Shown: positions 19,624-28,684 of the stretch, piece by piece
Numbering within the stretch: position 1 is the first letter of the stretch
Layout of the letters: each line of letters opens with the position of its first letter
From: Candidatus Peribacteria bacterium
Lineage (GTDB): Bacteria; Patescibacteriota; Gracilibacteria; Peribacterales; Peribacteraceae
Direction of reading: 5' to 3'
Assembly (NCBI GenBank): GCA_023245865.1
Contig: JAHFJN010000001.1
Coordinates: 486,722 to 550,721, forward strand
DNA length: 64,000 nucleotides
Notes under the pieces: generated by a model
Told to the model about the DNA's origin: nothing
What the model saw: only the letters and a program-made list of their open reading frames with translations
Database searches by the model: none
Program-made: the position numbers and the translations under genes

Positions 19624-19949
19624 ACCCCCCGATGCATCCAGAATTGGCTGCGGGTCGGTGGCACACCTTCCCATTGATGCTGCAACTCGCACACGTGGGC
19701 AGCGAAGTCTCGCGCGCTTGCAAAGCAAAAGACAACAACGACCATGAACGACTCTGGTTTGCGTTGGAACGGATGCTCGAACTCCTGGATTTGACCATCG
19801 GCGACCCAAAAAACAGATATCGCCTGCGCGAACTCTGTCGGGCGCGGGAAGTGCTCTGTGATTATCTGGTCGGTGGAAATACGTATCATTCAACAACTCC
19901 ATCACTCGATCGCTATTTTCTGCAATTTGCAATCGCGGCAAAACATTAA
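19620..19949 (+). CDS. conserved hypothetical helical protein coupled to DUF5674
   Basis: ATGA overlap; GRW..QLAHVGSEVSRA..ELCRARE. Confidence 0.75.
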   Translation: MNPPMHPELAAGRWHTFPLMLQLAHVGSEVSRACKAKDNNDHERLWFALERMLELLDLTIGDPKNRYRLRELCRAREVLCDYLVGGNTYHSTTPSLDRYFLQFAIAAKH

Positions 19950-19973
19950 AAAAGGGGTGCCGCTTTGGCACCC
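19950..19973. terminator. hairpin between convergent genes
   Basis: gggtgcc-gcttt-ggcaccc preceded by an A-run (T-tail on the minus strand). Confidence 0.5.
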
Positions 19974-19996
19974 ACGTCCGCTCATGCACCATCCGC

Positions 19997-20290
19997 TTAA
20001 TACGGCATCCACCACCGATTAAAGTGTACGCTGGCCACTCCTCCGACTGTGAAAACCAATCCACTCAGAAGCGCATGCCAGAAGGTCGGTACTGAGAGAG
20101 TTTCCAGTCCCCAGTACACCGATACACCGACGGTAATGGCAAAGAGGAAAGAAGCGATGCGCATTGATTTCAACGCAAAATACATCGACCATCCATAGCG
20201 ACCGCTGTGAAATTTACATACGAGCCAGCAGATCGCCGCGTTCACGCCCGTCATGACCCACAACAACCAAAATCCAGCTTCCATCGTCAT
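19997..20290 (-). CDS. small membrane protein
   Basis: Three hydrophobic helices. Confidence 0.6.
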   Translation of the reverse strand: MTMEAGFWLLWVMTGVNAAICWLVCKFHSGRYGWSMYFALKSMRIASFLFAITVGVSVYWGLETLSVPTFWHALLSGLVFTVGGVASVHFNRWWMPY

Positions 20291-20445
20291 GGCATCACAT
20301 CCTTTCGAGAGATAGTGTAGTGAATGAGCAGGAGAGTGATCGTACTCCACCGTGAACCCATGTGTTATAGGTGCTATACCCCCTGCATGTCGCCGATGCA
20401 GATTATCAAGATGTACATCGAACATCTCACATGGAGTGTATCAGT

Positions 20446-20579
20446 CCACCTGCTCGAAGTTCGCGAAAGAAGTGATCGAGCGACATGGCATCGTTCTTGG
20501 AATGCTCCTCACCTGCAAACGCCTGCTGTCGTGTAATCCCTGGGCGAAGCCGACAATTCCGATGCTTGACAATATATAA
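20446..20579 (+). pseudogene. yidD: duplicated 3' fragment of yidD
   Basis: STCSKFAKEVIERHGIVLGMLLTCKRLLSCNPW; 98-bp direct repeat of 17672-17769. Confidence 0.85.
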
Positions 20580-20599
20580 TTAAAATGTAAAATGCATTT

Positions 20600-20860
20600 A
20601 TGAACAAGAACGAACTCATCGATGCACTCTGCGCACCTGATACGGTTGGAGGTGACATGGTTCGGCAATCCCTCCAAACGTACTTGGCCGATATTCCTGA
20701 TGAAGACAACACAAAAAAATATCGCCATCGTTTCGAGTCTGCATTGGATAGCGTGTTTGGAAGCGCGCATGGTATCGCACTCTTGCCGGGGCAAGATATG
20801 GTCGTGGAGGACCTGTGGGAACAATACAGCGATCGCTTGTCAGAATTGCTTCGTGCATAG
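20600..20860 (+). CDS. hypothetical protein
   Basis: 86 aa ORF in an apparent operon. Confidence 0.6.
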   Translation: MNKNELIDALCAPDTVGGDMVRQSLQTYLADIPDEDNTKKYRHRFESALDSVFGSAHGIALLPGQDMVVEDLWEQYSDRLSELLRA

Positions 20861-20866
20861 AAAAAC

Positions 20867-21253
20867 ATGTCTCCTCGCTTCTTTCGATCATCGCGCACAA
20901 GTCTGAGCTACAAAACGCCAGAAGCAAAACAGAGTGATGTTGATTTTGTGCGCGCACTGCGAGCAGCCGGAGAACGCGAGGAGCGCATCCACTCTACGCT
21001 CGAACATCATAGTCACCTGTCTCAAGCCACCATATACGATTCGCTCATGGAACTGACGATTCGACCCGCTGATGCAGTTATCGCATTGAGGGTGGCTCTC
21101 ATTTTAAACAAACGCACAGTCGTACAAAGAGCAGCGAAAGTCATCGTAAACGCCGCGTATCTCTCTGATGCAATCAAAAAAGAAGCAGCCTCCCTTCTTC
21201 GGTCATCTGGTCAAAGCACCATCACTGCAAGACATGAGAAAAATAACCTGTGA
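20867..21253 (+). CDS. hypothetical protein
   Basis: 128 aa ORF 6 bp downstream of the previous one. Confidence 0.6.
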   Translation: MSPRFFRSSRTSLSYKTPEAKQSDVDFVRALRAAGEREERIHSTLEHHSHLSQATIYDSLMELTIRPADAVIALRVALILNKRTVVQRAAKVIVNAAYLSDAIKKEAASLLRSSGQSTITARHEKNNL

Positions 21254-21271
21254 AGAACACGCGATCCCTAT

Positions 21272-21301
21272 TTGACTATTACCAATTTAGTGTTCTATGA
21301 T
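21272..21301 (+). promoter_or_regulatory. sigma70-like promoter
   Basis: TTGACT-N18-TATGAT, 8 nt before ATG 21310. Confidence 0.55.
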
Positions 21302-21309
21302 TTTGTCGT

Positions 21310-22458
21310 ATGGTTAAAGAGCCTTCCACAAATCCCAATTACTTCGAGGGAGATGATATTTCTCCTACAGCACTCGCAAGACAAATGGCAAAAATCGCCG
21401 CTCGTACAACCTATGAACCGCCGCTGTATCGTGTGGATACTGCCACGTTCGTTTCCATGAATGACTGGAGTGAGTACGGGGATCTTTTACGGCAAGAATC
21501 GATCAAAGAGCTAATCGGAACCCTGATGAGAGGATCCGACATCCGGCACAGTTTTGCGCGCTCGACACAAGTTGCATTCGTCACCCAGAGAGATAAGAAG
21601 GGCTTAGCGGGGGTCGCGTTGATGAACTATGAAAATGAATATCATGATCTGGAGCATCACATCTTCCATTCGGAACCGACGGTGAACGTGCTTGCCTACG
21701 GCACCGTGCCAAAAACAGGTCAGATCAATTTTTCTGTTCTGTATCATCTCGCGGAGGTAATTATCAGTTATGCGTCGCATATTGCGGAGGTTCTGTACCC
21801 TCACCAAGCACGCTTTGAATCTTCCCCTTTCACGCCGGCTGTGTACCTCAAAGTATCAGAGAATGACGCACTACCGACAAGTCTCGCAGCGGACATCCAT
21901 ACATGCATATCCAATATTATCGGTCATCTGAGCAGGATCGAAGAAACTCTCCCCGTGCTGAAGGGAGGATTCGACGAAAGAATTATGGAGTTGGATGCGG
22001 CACTCTCACCCCTCAAGAGTCGACACGCAAACCATGCTCTGGGAACGCGGATGATCAAGAGCAATGCTCTTCTGAAGAAATTGAATCCCGACAGAATACG
22101 ATGGGGCGGGGATGATGACATCTACAGAGATATGCAACAAACTGCTATCGCTCTGCGCAGACTTCTACGGTCCCTGATGAAAGGAATGGATGATTCCTGC
22201 GCCCAATTGTATCCGGCGGCATCCAACCTTTCGCCACTCGTCACCACCGATGCCGAAACGAGCGATGGGGTCATCTCTCTTCAATTGGCACACAATCAAA
22301 ACATCCAGGGAATTGTTGAGTTTACGCCACAGAATCTACGGGATCCTGATCCCGTAATCAATTTCTCTCATCACAGGAAATCCCCCATTTCCGACCTCGC
22401 GGGAGCGCTGTTCACACGCGTGCTGGGGGGCAAGTGGTGGAGGGCGCAGATGCAGTAG
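21310..22458 (+). CDS. hypothetical protein
   Basis: 382 aa ORF with its own promoter. Confidence 0.75.
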   Translation: MVKEPSTNPNYFEGDDISPTALARQMAKIAARTTYEPPLYRVDTATFVSMNDWSEYGDLLRQESIKELIGTLMRGSDIRHSFARSTQVAFVTQRDKKGLAGVALMNYENEYHDLEHHIFHSEPTVNVLAYGTVPKTGQINFSVLYHLAEVIISYASHIAEVLYPHQARFESSPFTPAVYLKVSENDALPTSLAADIHTCISNIIGHLSRIEETLPVLKGGFDERIMELDAALSPLKSRHANHALGTRMIKSNALLKKLNPDRIRWGGDDDIYRDMQQTAIALRRLLRSLMKGMDDSCAQLYPAASNLSPLVTTDAETSDGVISLQLAHNQNIQGIVEFTPQNLRDPDPVINFSHHRKSPISDLAGALFTRVLGGKWWRAQMQ

Positions 22459-22501
22459 AAATCCTTGTTTTTCTTAAAGAGGACTTTACAATCAATCCCC
22501 C

Positions 22502-22723
22502 ATGGACGACAACACCCCGACAACAAAGGCAGACATCCGGAGAATTGAAGAGAGTATTCAAAAGCTGACCAAAATCGTACGTTCGATGGCCGAAGGTATG
22601 GAAAGACTGCACGAAGCAGATGATCAGATCCTCACAGTCCTCGTCAACGTCGATAAACGCCTCACAGGCAAAGTGGAAAATCACGAATCACGGATCGTGC
22701 GTCTGGAAAGTGTGGCAGCCTGA
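22502..22723 (+). CDS. small coiled-coil protein
   Basis: TKADI...HESRIVRLE heptad pattern. Confidence 0.75.
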   Translation: MDDNTPTTKADIRRIEESIQKLTKIVRSMAEGMERLHEADDQILTVLVNVDKRLTGKVENHESRIVRLESVAA

Positions 22724-22912
22724 ATGGATTGTGGAACTCTATATTGAATGTTATACCAACCTTTTCCCCCATTACCAATAAAAGAGTCGAAATCCGGGAA
22801 TTTTGATTCAGGATTTTCCATAAATTATATTTTACACATAAATATATTTATGTCAATGGAGCGGGTTACTGGAATCTATTGCAACCATGATGCTAAATCC
22901 TTCCAATCTTTT

Positions 22913-23368
22913 CTATCGCCCATATTCTGATGCGGGTCCTTCGCAACATACGCCTTCGTTCGTTACGAGAGCTTCCATTGCCCCTCTTCCACATATTTCA
23001 CGTAATTCCTTTACCTGCTCTAGTAACGAATCAGTTAGAAAATAATCTCTTACACAAAGGCACGTAACAGCGATTGACACTCTTCGTAGTTCATTTGTAA
23101 TGGCCTCTTTTAGTTTTTCGTTTTTAGCTAATTCAGGGTTAGCAATTTCCACTTCTAATTCTTGCTGTCTTTGCATTAAGGCCATTGCAGCATTGCGCGT
23201 TCCACGAAGTGCTCTTGTATGACTCCAGTGAGTTCTTTTATAGGACAAATGATCAACAACATTTGCGTCACCAACAGATTTACTTATTGGGAGCCCCAAA
23301 TCAGTTTTTGAATCATCACCCCTTGGAAGAAGTTCAAAAAAAGGCTTTTCATCAACACGGATACGCAT
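22913..23368 (-). CDS. hypothetical protein (AT-rich)
   Basis: ORF inside an AT-rich segment next to tRNA-Gly. Confidence 0.6.
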   Translation of the reverse strand: MRIRVDEKPFFELLPRGDDSKTDLGLPISKSVGDANVVDHLSYKRTHWSHTRALRGTRNAAMALMQRQQELEVEIANPELAKNEKLKEAITNELRRVSIAVTCLCVRDYFLTDSLLEQVKELREICGRGAMEALVTNEGVCCEGPASEYGR

Positions 23369-23474
23369 CTTAAAAATTAGGGAAGATATACAGTTTGTTA
23401 TTGTATATAATGCATGATACTTGTCAAGTACCCCAAAATAGTTTTTTACTTTATTTTTAATGCAGTTCAAATAT

Positions 23475-23548
23475 TGGAGCGGGTAGCGGGAATCGAACCC
23501 GCATCCTCAGCTTGGAAGGCTGATGTACTACCACTGTACGATACCCGC
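23475..23548 (-). tRNA. tRNA-Gly(TCC)
   Basis: GCGGGTA...CTTCCAA...GTTCGATTC...TACCCGCTCCA. Confidence 0.95.
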
Positions 23549-23646
23549 GTTGATAAAGAGCCAAGAACAATGAACACGAAAAAGGATACTCACAAGCGAC
23601 CAATCTGAGAAGAGGAACTAAGATAGAGCTCAGACCTTACAATCTT

Positions 23647-23898
23647 TTAACGATGAGGACAGCCGGCGAAGCAGCAAGGCCTGCGCATTCCACTTCTCAG
23701 CTTCGAGAGTGCCTTCTTTATGCGGATAGTCCGGGTCTCCACTTTTTTGCCCGAAGTCATCCAACAAATCCATTCATTACGCGCGAGGGGCGAAATATCT
23801 TCCCATACTTCCTGTGCCTCCGGCGTTGAAAGAAGTGCGCTTCGTACATCCGCGGGAACTGTGTGCACCGTCCCAGAGGAAATTCCTGTTTTCACCAT
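23647..23898 (-). CDS. YdeI/OmpD-associated family protein
   Basis: VPADV..AL..W..ISPLARNEWICW..SGKK.ETR..RI; RRPCC.AGC.HR. Confidence 0.85.
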   Translation of the reverse strand: MVKTGISSGTVHTVPADVRSALLSTPEAQEVWEDISPLARNEWICWMTSGKKVETRTIRIKKALSKLRSGMRRPCCFAGCPHR

Positions 23899-23931
23899 AC
23901 GTTCATTGTATCAAATCTCTTGCATGGCGTG

Positions 23932-23957
23932 AGTATGTACGCTATAGTGTACATACT
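23932..23957 (+). promoter_or_regulatory. palindromic TA operator overlapping the -10 box
   Basis: agtatgtac-gctatagt-gtacatact directly before the antitoxin ATG. Confidence 0.7.
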
Positions 23958-24233
23958 ATGACCAAACAAGTCACCGCAACACAGGCACGAAAGGAATTTT
24001 TCATGCTCTTGGATCTGGCAAGTAAGCCGGGGCACCAGGTAACCATCACCCATGAAGGTCATCTGCCGGTGATTATGATGTCACAGGAAGATTTTGAAGG
24101 ATGGGTGGAAACACTGGAAATCATGAGTGACCCCCAATTGATGAAAGATTTGCGCAACTATGAAAAGCAGAAGAAGGCAGGAACCCTGAAAACCATTCCC
24201 TGGGAAAAAGTGAAGAAAAAATTACGATTATAA
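23958..24233 (+). CDS. Phd/YefM antitoxin
   Basis: VTATQARKEFF..V.IT..V.MS.EDFE...ETLEIMSDP. Confidence 0.92.
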   Translation: MTKQVTATQARKEFFMLLDLASKPGHQVTITHEGHLPVIMMSQEDFEGWVETLEIMSDPQLMKDLRNYEKQKKAGTLKTIPWEKVKKKLRL

Positions 24234-24236
24234 TCT

Positions 24237-24494
24237 ATGTTCTCATTGCGAATACTGGCAAAGGCTCAAAAGCAACTTGAGCGACTGCGGGACAGTGATC
24301 GAAAACGAATTGGCATGGCGATCAATGAATTGCTCATTGATCCATTCGCCGGGAAAAAATTAAAAGGTGAATGGAAAGATTTCTGGTCGCTGCGTGTCTG
24401 GCCATTCCGCATTATCTATGAAATCGACAAAAACATCGTCACCGTCACTATTGTGAATGTCGGCCAACGCAAAGATGTGTACAAAAAGTCATAG
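24237..24494 (+). CDS. RelE/ParE family toxin
   Basis: AQKQL..P..GKKLKG..W.LRVWPFRIIY..VGQRKDVY. Confidence 0.92.
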   Translation: MFSLRILAKAQKQLERLRDSDRKRIGMAINELLIDPFAGKKLKGEWKDFWSLRVWPFRIIYEIDKNIVTVTIVNVGQRKDVYKKS

Positions 24495-25940
24495 CGCCCC
24501 GAGATCCAACTCTTCATTCACGCTTACAGCTTTCACGAATTCCTGATCGTGACTGACGAGGATCAGTCCCCCTTCGTACTTGTTGAGTGCCTCGGCGATC
24601 ACCGGAATGTGGCGGAAGTTGATGTGATTGGTCGGCTCATCGAGGATGAGGAGCGTGGGTTTTTGGAGCAGGAACCGCGCGAAACACAGCAGTCCTTTTT
24701 GCCCTTCGGAAAGTGCGATCGCTTTGGTCTGCACCTTGTCGCCGGGCAGCAGAAAGCGCGCCGCGGTCGCATAGATCATCTGATCATTTGGTTTTTCCAT
24801 CGCGTCCTCCAGAATTTGGTAGACGGTTTTCTCCATCGGCAATCCTGAAAAATCCTGACGGTAGTAGCCAACGGTGACCCCTTTGGTGATCACCGCGCCT
24901 TTCTCTTTGCCGTTTGCCAGAGCCTCGAGGAGCGAACTTTTGCCGATGCCATTGGGGCCTGTGATGAGCACGCGGTGTCTGCGGCGCACGGTCACCGACA
25001 CATTCTTCTTTACGGGCTTGTGATCTTTCATCACAGTCACCGAGGTGATCTGTACGAGGGGCTTTGGGAAAAGCTCGGCATCGATCGTGAACGGCGGAAT
25101 CGTTTTGTCTTCGCGGCGCACGTCCACTTTATTTTCCTCGGCTTCCGCCACCGCATCGCGCATTTTACTCGCGAGTTTTCGCATTTTTCCGCCTTTGTGG
25201 GAAAAGAAGTTGATCTTCTCCTTGCGGTCCAGAATGTCCTTTTCCATCCGAACGTTCTGGCGCTGCTCGCGTTCGATCTGCGCCTCGATCTCGGCGACGA
25301 CATCGACGTAATCCCCCACGTACTGCTGCACGGTATGTGTATGGGAATCCAGATGCAGCACTCCCTGCGTAAAGCTATTGAGGAAGGCGGCATCATGGGA
25401 GATCACGATGCACGTATGCTCGTACATCACGAGAAACCCTGTGAGATGATCGATCCCCGCAGCGTCGAGGTTATTCGTCGGTTCATCGAGCAGCAGTATA
25501 TCTGGCTCTTGGATAATGGCGTATGCAAGAAGCAGCCGCGCTTTCTGTCCGCCTGAGAATGCATTGATTTTTTTCTCCAGTGGCGCTTTCAGATGCACGA
25601 CATCGAGCACTCTTTTGATGTGTCGCTCCAGATCGTACTGCTTGTCCTTGAACGCTCCTGCGAAGAATTCCAGAACGGTTTTTGAGAGATCCTCGTGTGC
25701 AACCACTTGCCTGGCAATGCCGATGGTCGCGCCTTTTTTGATGTGGATCTCACCCTCCTGAGGCTTGAGAGAGCGCATGATCAATTGAAAGATCGTGCTC
25801 TTCCCCGCGCCGTTTTGCCCCATGATCGTTAGCTTCGCGTTCTCACGCACGGAAAAATTCGCACCTGCGAGAATGGGTTTTCGATGATCGTAATGAAACG
25901 ACACGTCTGCAAACCGTAGGAGGACATCGCCGTGGTCCAT
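24489..25940 (-). CDS. ABC-F family ATPase
   Basis: Two NBDs (GQNGAGKS, GPNGIGKS; LDEPTN twice), no TM segments. Confidence 0.92.
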   Translation of the reverse strand: MDHGDVLLRFADVSFHYDHRKPILAGANFSVRENAKLTIMGQNGAGKSTIFQLIMRSLKPQEGEIHIKKGATIGIARQVVAHEDLSKTVLEFFAGAFKDKQYDLERHIKRVLDVVHLKAPLEKKINAFSGGQKARLLLAYAIIQEPDILLLDEPTNNLDAAGIDHLTGFLVMYEHTCIVISHDAAFLNSFTQGVLHLDSHTHTVQQYVGDYVDVVAEIEAQIEREQRQNVRMEKDILDRKEKINFFSHKGGKMRKLASKMRDAVAEAEENKVDVRREDKTIPPFTIDAELFPKPLVQITSVTVMKDHKPVKKNVSVTVRRRHRVLITGPNGIGKSSLLEALANGKEKGAVITKGVTVGYYRQDFSGLPMEKTVYQILEDAMEKPNDQMIYATAARFLLPGDKVQTKAIALSEGQKGLLCFARFLLQKPTLLILDEPTNHINFRHIPVIAEALNKYEGGLILVSHDQEFVKAVSVNEELDLGAL

Positions 25941-25941
25941 A

Positions 25942-26355
25942 TTATTTCTCTTCGGGAAAGAACTTCTTCTCCACCTCATTGACCACGAATGTAAGGTGCG
26001 ACACGCGTTCACGAATGTCGTGCAGGATGTGACGCACGCGGGCAGGGTGTTCTCTTTTGAGCTGATTGACGCACTCCGTGCAGATGGTCTTGAGAAGATA
26101 CCGTGCAGTCATCCACGTACTCGATGCGATCGTAATGATGGAAGCGAGGACATCGACTTCCGGAGGGAGTTGATCAGCTGCCAGCGCAAGCGTGAGACCA
26201 CCGATCACCGTAGTCATCGACAATAACACCTGTATGGATCGTTCTTCGGGTCTCTGATAATCAATAACAGTCCCAATCGCGTTGTGATGAGCAGAGGTAC
26301 GTTTTATGCGCGCAAACACTCGCTCCTCTCGCCGCTGCTGCTCAGAAATTTCCAT
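25942..26355 (-). CDS. hypothetical membrane protein
   Basis: Two TM helices; abuts the ABC-F start. Confidence 0.6.
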   Translation of the reverse strand: MEISEQQRREERVFARIKRTSAHHNAIGTVIDYQRPEERSIQVLLSMTTVIGGLTLALAADQLPPEVDVLASIITIASSTWMTARYLLKTICTECVNQLKREHPARVRHILHDIRERVSHLTFVVNEVEKKFFPEEK

Positions 26356-26552
26356 GGACGAGGAATCTAGCACGGCGAAGATGGATCGGATAGGTGCTCC
26401 TACACAAAACAAAGCGGCAAAATGTCTCCAATCGCTATTCCTATACCTTTTAAATGATATTAAGAAATACTATTGCATTAAAGTCAATAGGTGGTACACT
26501 CTCCCTCCTGGCCCATTTGAGGCCATGCTTTCATCCCTTCCCCCTTACCCGT

Positions 26553-27191
26553 ATGAACATCTTCCAAAAGCACACGCAGGCAGGGTTGCTTGCAGGTCTC
26601 ACGGCGCTGTTTGGCGTCACGGTCGCCTTCACCTCGGCCTACGAGGGCGAAGTCGTCCAAAGTTCCAATATCTTATCGCAGTTCATCTTGAACAACGCGA
26701 ACGATGTCACCGATATGGCGAATCCGTTCGCCGGTGCATGGTTCGATATGCGAAGCCTCTACAGCCATCCGTGCTATGAGATCGTCGGTATCGAAACACA
26801 GATGTGCCATGATCGATTCGGCATCGACCGCGAGCTTAAGAGTTACGTCATGAGCGGTGAGCTGACGCAGTTCTTGCAAGCCCACAATCTGTTTGATCGC
26901 GAAAAGACGATCGTCCTGCCGCAGCCTGTACAAAACACGGAGACGATCAACCAAAATGTTCAGACAGACTTTACCCGCTACCTCGGACCGACTGTCCGCG
27001 AGAAGAACGAAGAGCAGATCCGTGCGGAGGAAGCGGCACGTTATAATGCCATCCGCGCCGACCGCAGCCACATGCTCTGGGAAATCTGCAGCGACAAGTC
27101 CGACAACCAAGCGGAAATCTCCGCCTGCTACCAGAGAAACATCCGTCTCGTTCGCCGCATGAATGTCGTGATCGAGGGGAATGTGAACTGA
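26553..27191 (+). CDS. hypothetical secreted protein with Cys pairs
   Basis: N-terminal hydrophobic segment and two Cys pairs. Confidence 0.7.
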   Translation: MNIFQKHTQAGLLAGLTALFGVTVAFTSAYEGEVVQSSNILSQFILNNANDVTDMANPFAGAWFDMRSLYSHPCYEIVGIETQMCHDRFGIDRELKSYVMSGELTQFLQAHNLFDREKTIVLPQPVQNTETINQNVQTDFTRYLGPTVREKNEEQIRAEEAARYNAIRADRSHMLWEICSDKSDNQAEISACYQRNIRLVRRMNVVIEGNVN

Positions 27192-27220
27192 AAGACTTCG
27201 AGAAAACTATGAAATGAACG

Positions 27221-27258
27221 ACCCCGCCCCCGTGCCGAGCACTGGTGCGGGGTTTTTC
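27221..27258 (+). terminator. rho-independent terminator
   Basis: accccgc...gcggggt followed by a T-run. Confidence 0.55.
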
Positions 27259-27295
27259 TTGAAATCACTTTTTCCCATGCTAAAGTGTGGCCCCT

Positions 27296-27571
27296 ATGAA
27301 ACCCCCACAGAGCACGAGCACCTTCGCCAACCTCTTCAAGAACCCGCTGCAGCCGCCCGCGGCGCGGCCTGCCAGTCAGGAACCGGCCGAGACCGTAGTC
27401 CCGTCTATCGAGGAAACACAGAAGCAACCACCATTGATGACGGAGATGCCGGTGTTGAAAGTAAGGGAAGTACGGAAAGTAACGAAGGTACAGAAGGTGA
27501 TGAAGAAGAAAGAGAAGAATAAGAGGAACGAGAGGAAAAAGAAAAAGCCACGGGGCAAGAAAAAAAGGTGA
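27296..27571 (+). CDS. low-complexity basic hypothetical protein
   Basis: Pro-rich N-terminus, 9-mer-encoded segment, Lys-rich tail. Confidence 0.45.
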   Translation: MKPPQSTSTFANLFKNPLQPPAARPASQEPAETVVPSIEETQKQPPLMTEMPVLKVREVRKVTKVQKVMKKKEKNKRNERKKKKPRGKKKR

Positions 27572-27606
27572 TGCGGAAGAAGAGGCGCTAGGATATTCTT
27601 CAACAG

Positions 27607-28647
27607 ATGCAGGATATCAAAAAAGCCCACTTGCACTGGAGCTGTGATGCAGACCCCGGCATCACGCGCGAGCCCAGCGGCAAACATTGGCGATACCGCG
27701 ACACAAAAGGACGCGTCATTCGTGATGCAAAAACGATCGAACGGATCAACCACATCGGCATTCCCCCCGCATGGAAGAACGTATGGATCTGCCCTTCCCC
27801 AAGCGGCCACATGCAAGCGACAGGCAAAGATGCCAAAGGTCGCACGCAATACCGCTATCACGCTCGCTGGCGGGAAGTGCGCGATGCGACAAAATTTCAT
27901 AAGCTCGAGCTATTTGCGAAACACCTTCCCATCATTCGCAAGCACGTCACCGCGCATCTGCACCTCCCCCACCTCAGCCACGAAAAAATGATCGCGACCG
28001 TGGTGCGGCTGCTCGACATCACACACATGCGCATCGGCAATGAAATGTATGAACACGAGAATCATAGCTACGGCCTCACGACACTGCTCGATCGTCACGT
28101 CCATGTGCACGGAGCAGAGGTCCGATTTCAATTTCGCGGGAAGAGCGGACAGGACCAAGATGTAACACTGCGAGATCGCACACTCGCACGCATCATCCTC
28201 GCGTGTGAGGAATTACCCGGTCACTTTCTGTTCCAGTACATCGATCACAAAGGTGCCTTGCATCCCGTCACCTCCGACCATGTGAACGAATATTTGCACG
28301 CAATCACACGTGAGCCATTGAGTGCCAAGGATTTTCGCACGTGGGGAGCAACGGTGCAGGCTGCATTGAGCTTGCTCCATCTTGGAGAAACAGACAATGA
28401 ACGGGAGCGTGCGTCTCGCATCACCCGTGCCGTTTCGGAAGCAGCACAGGCTCTGGGCAATCGACCCGCGACCTGCAGAAAGTACTACATCGACCCGCGC
28501 ATTTTGCATGCATACAATAAATCAAGACTTTGTCCATCTCTGGAACGTTATCTACATCGATCAAAAAACACGGGAGATACCCTCCACCCCCTCGAGAAAG
28601 GCGTACTCAATGTTATTACACACCAGACCTATTCGATGGACAACTAG
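27607..28647 (+). CDS. DNA topoisomerase IB (bacterial type)
   Basis: IPPAW..VWI, GR.QYRYH, RIGN, F.GKSG, KDFRTW, LGN.P.TCRKYYIDP. Confidence 0.95.
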   Translation: MQDIKKAHLHWSCDADPGITREPSGKHWRYRDTKGRVIRDAKTIERINHIGIPPAWKNVWICPSPSGHMQATGKDAKGRTQYRYHARWREVRDATKFHKLELFAKHLPIIRKHVTAHLHLPHLSHEKMIATVVRLLDITHMRIGNEMYEHENHSYGLTTLLDRHVHVHGAEVRFQFRGKSGQDQDVTLRDRTLARIILACEELPGHFLFQYIDHKGALHPVTSDHVNEYLHAITREPLSAKDFRTWGATVQAALSLLHLGETDNERERASRITRAVSEAAQALGNRPATCRKYYIDPRILHAYNKSRLCPSLERYLHRSKNTGDTLHPLEKGVLNVITHQTYSMDN

Positions 28648-28684
28648 GCAGAGACCAGGGCACGCCGTACGCTCGGTGCCCCCT

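Noticed and set aside
17672..20543. Diversity-generating retroelement TR/VR pair
   Set aside because: Mismatches are not adenine-specific and no reverse transcriptase is present.
23932..24494. Phd-RelE pair as a novel system
   Set aside because: Canonical type II TA with a typical operator; listed as features only.
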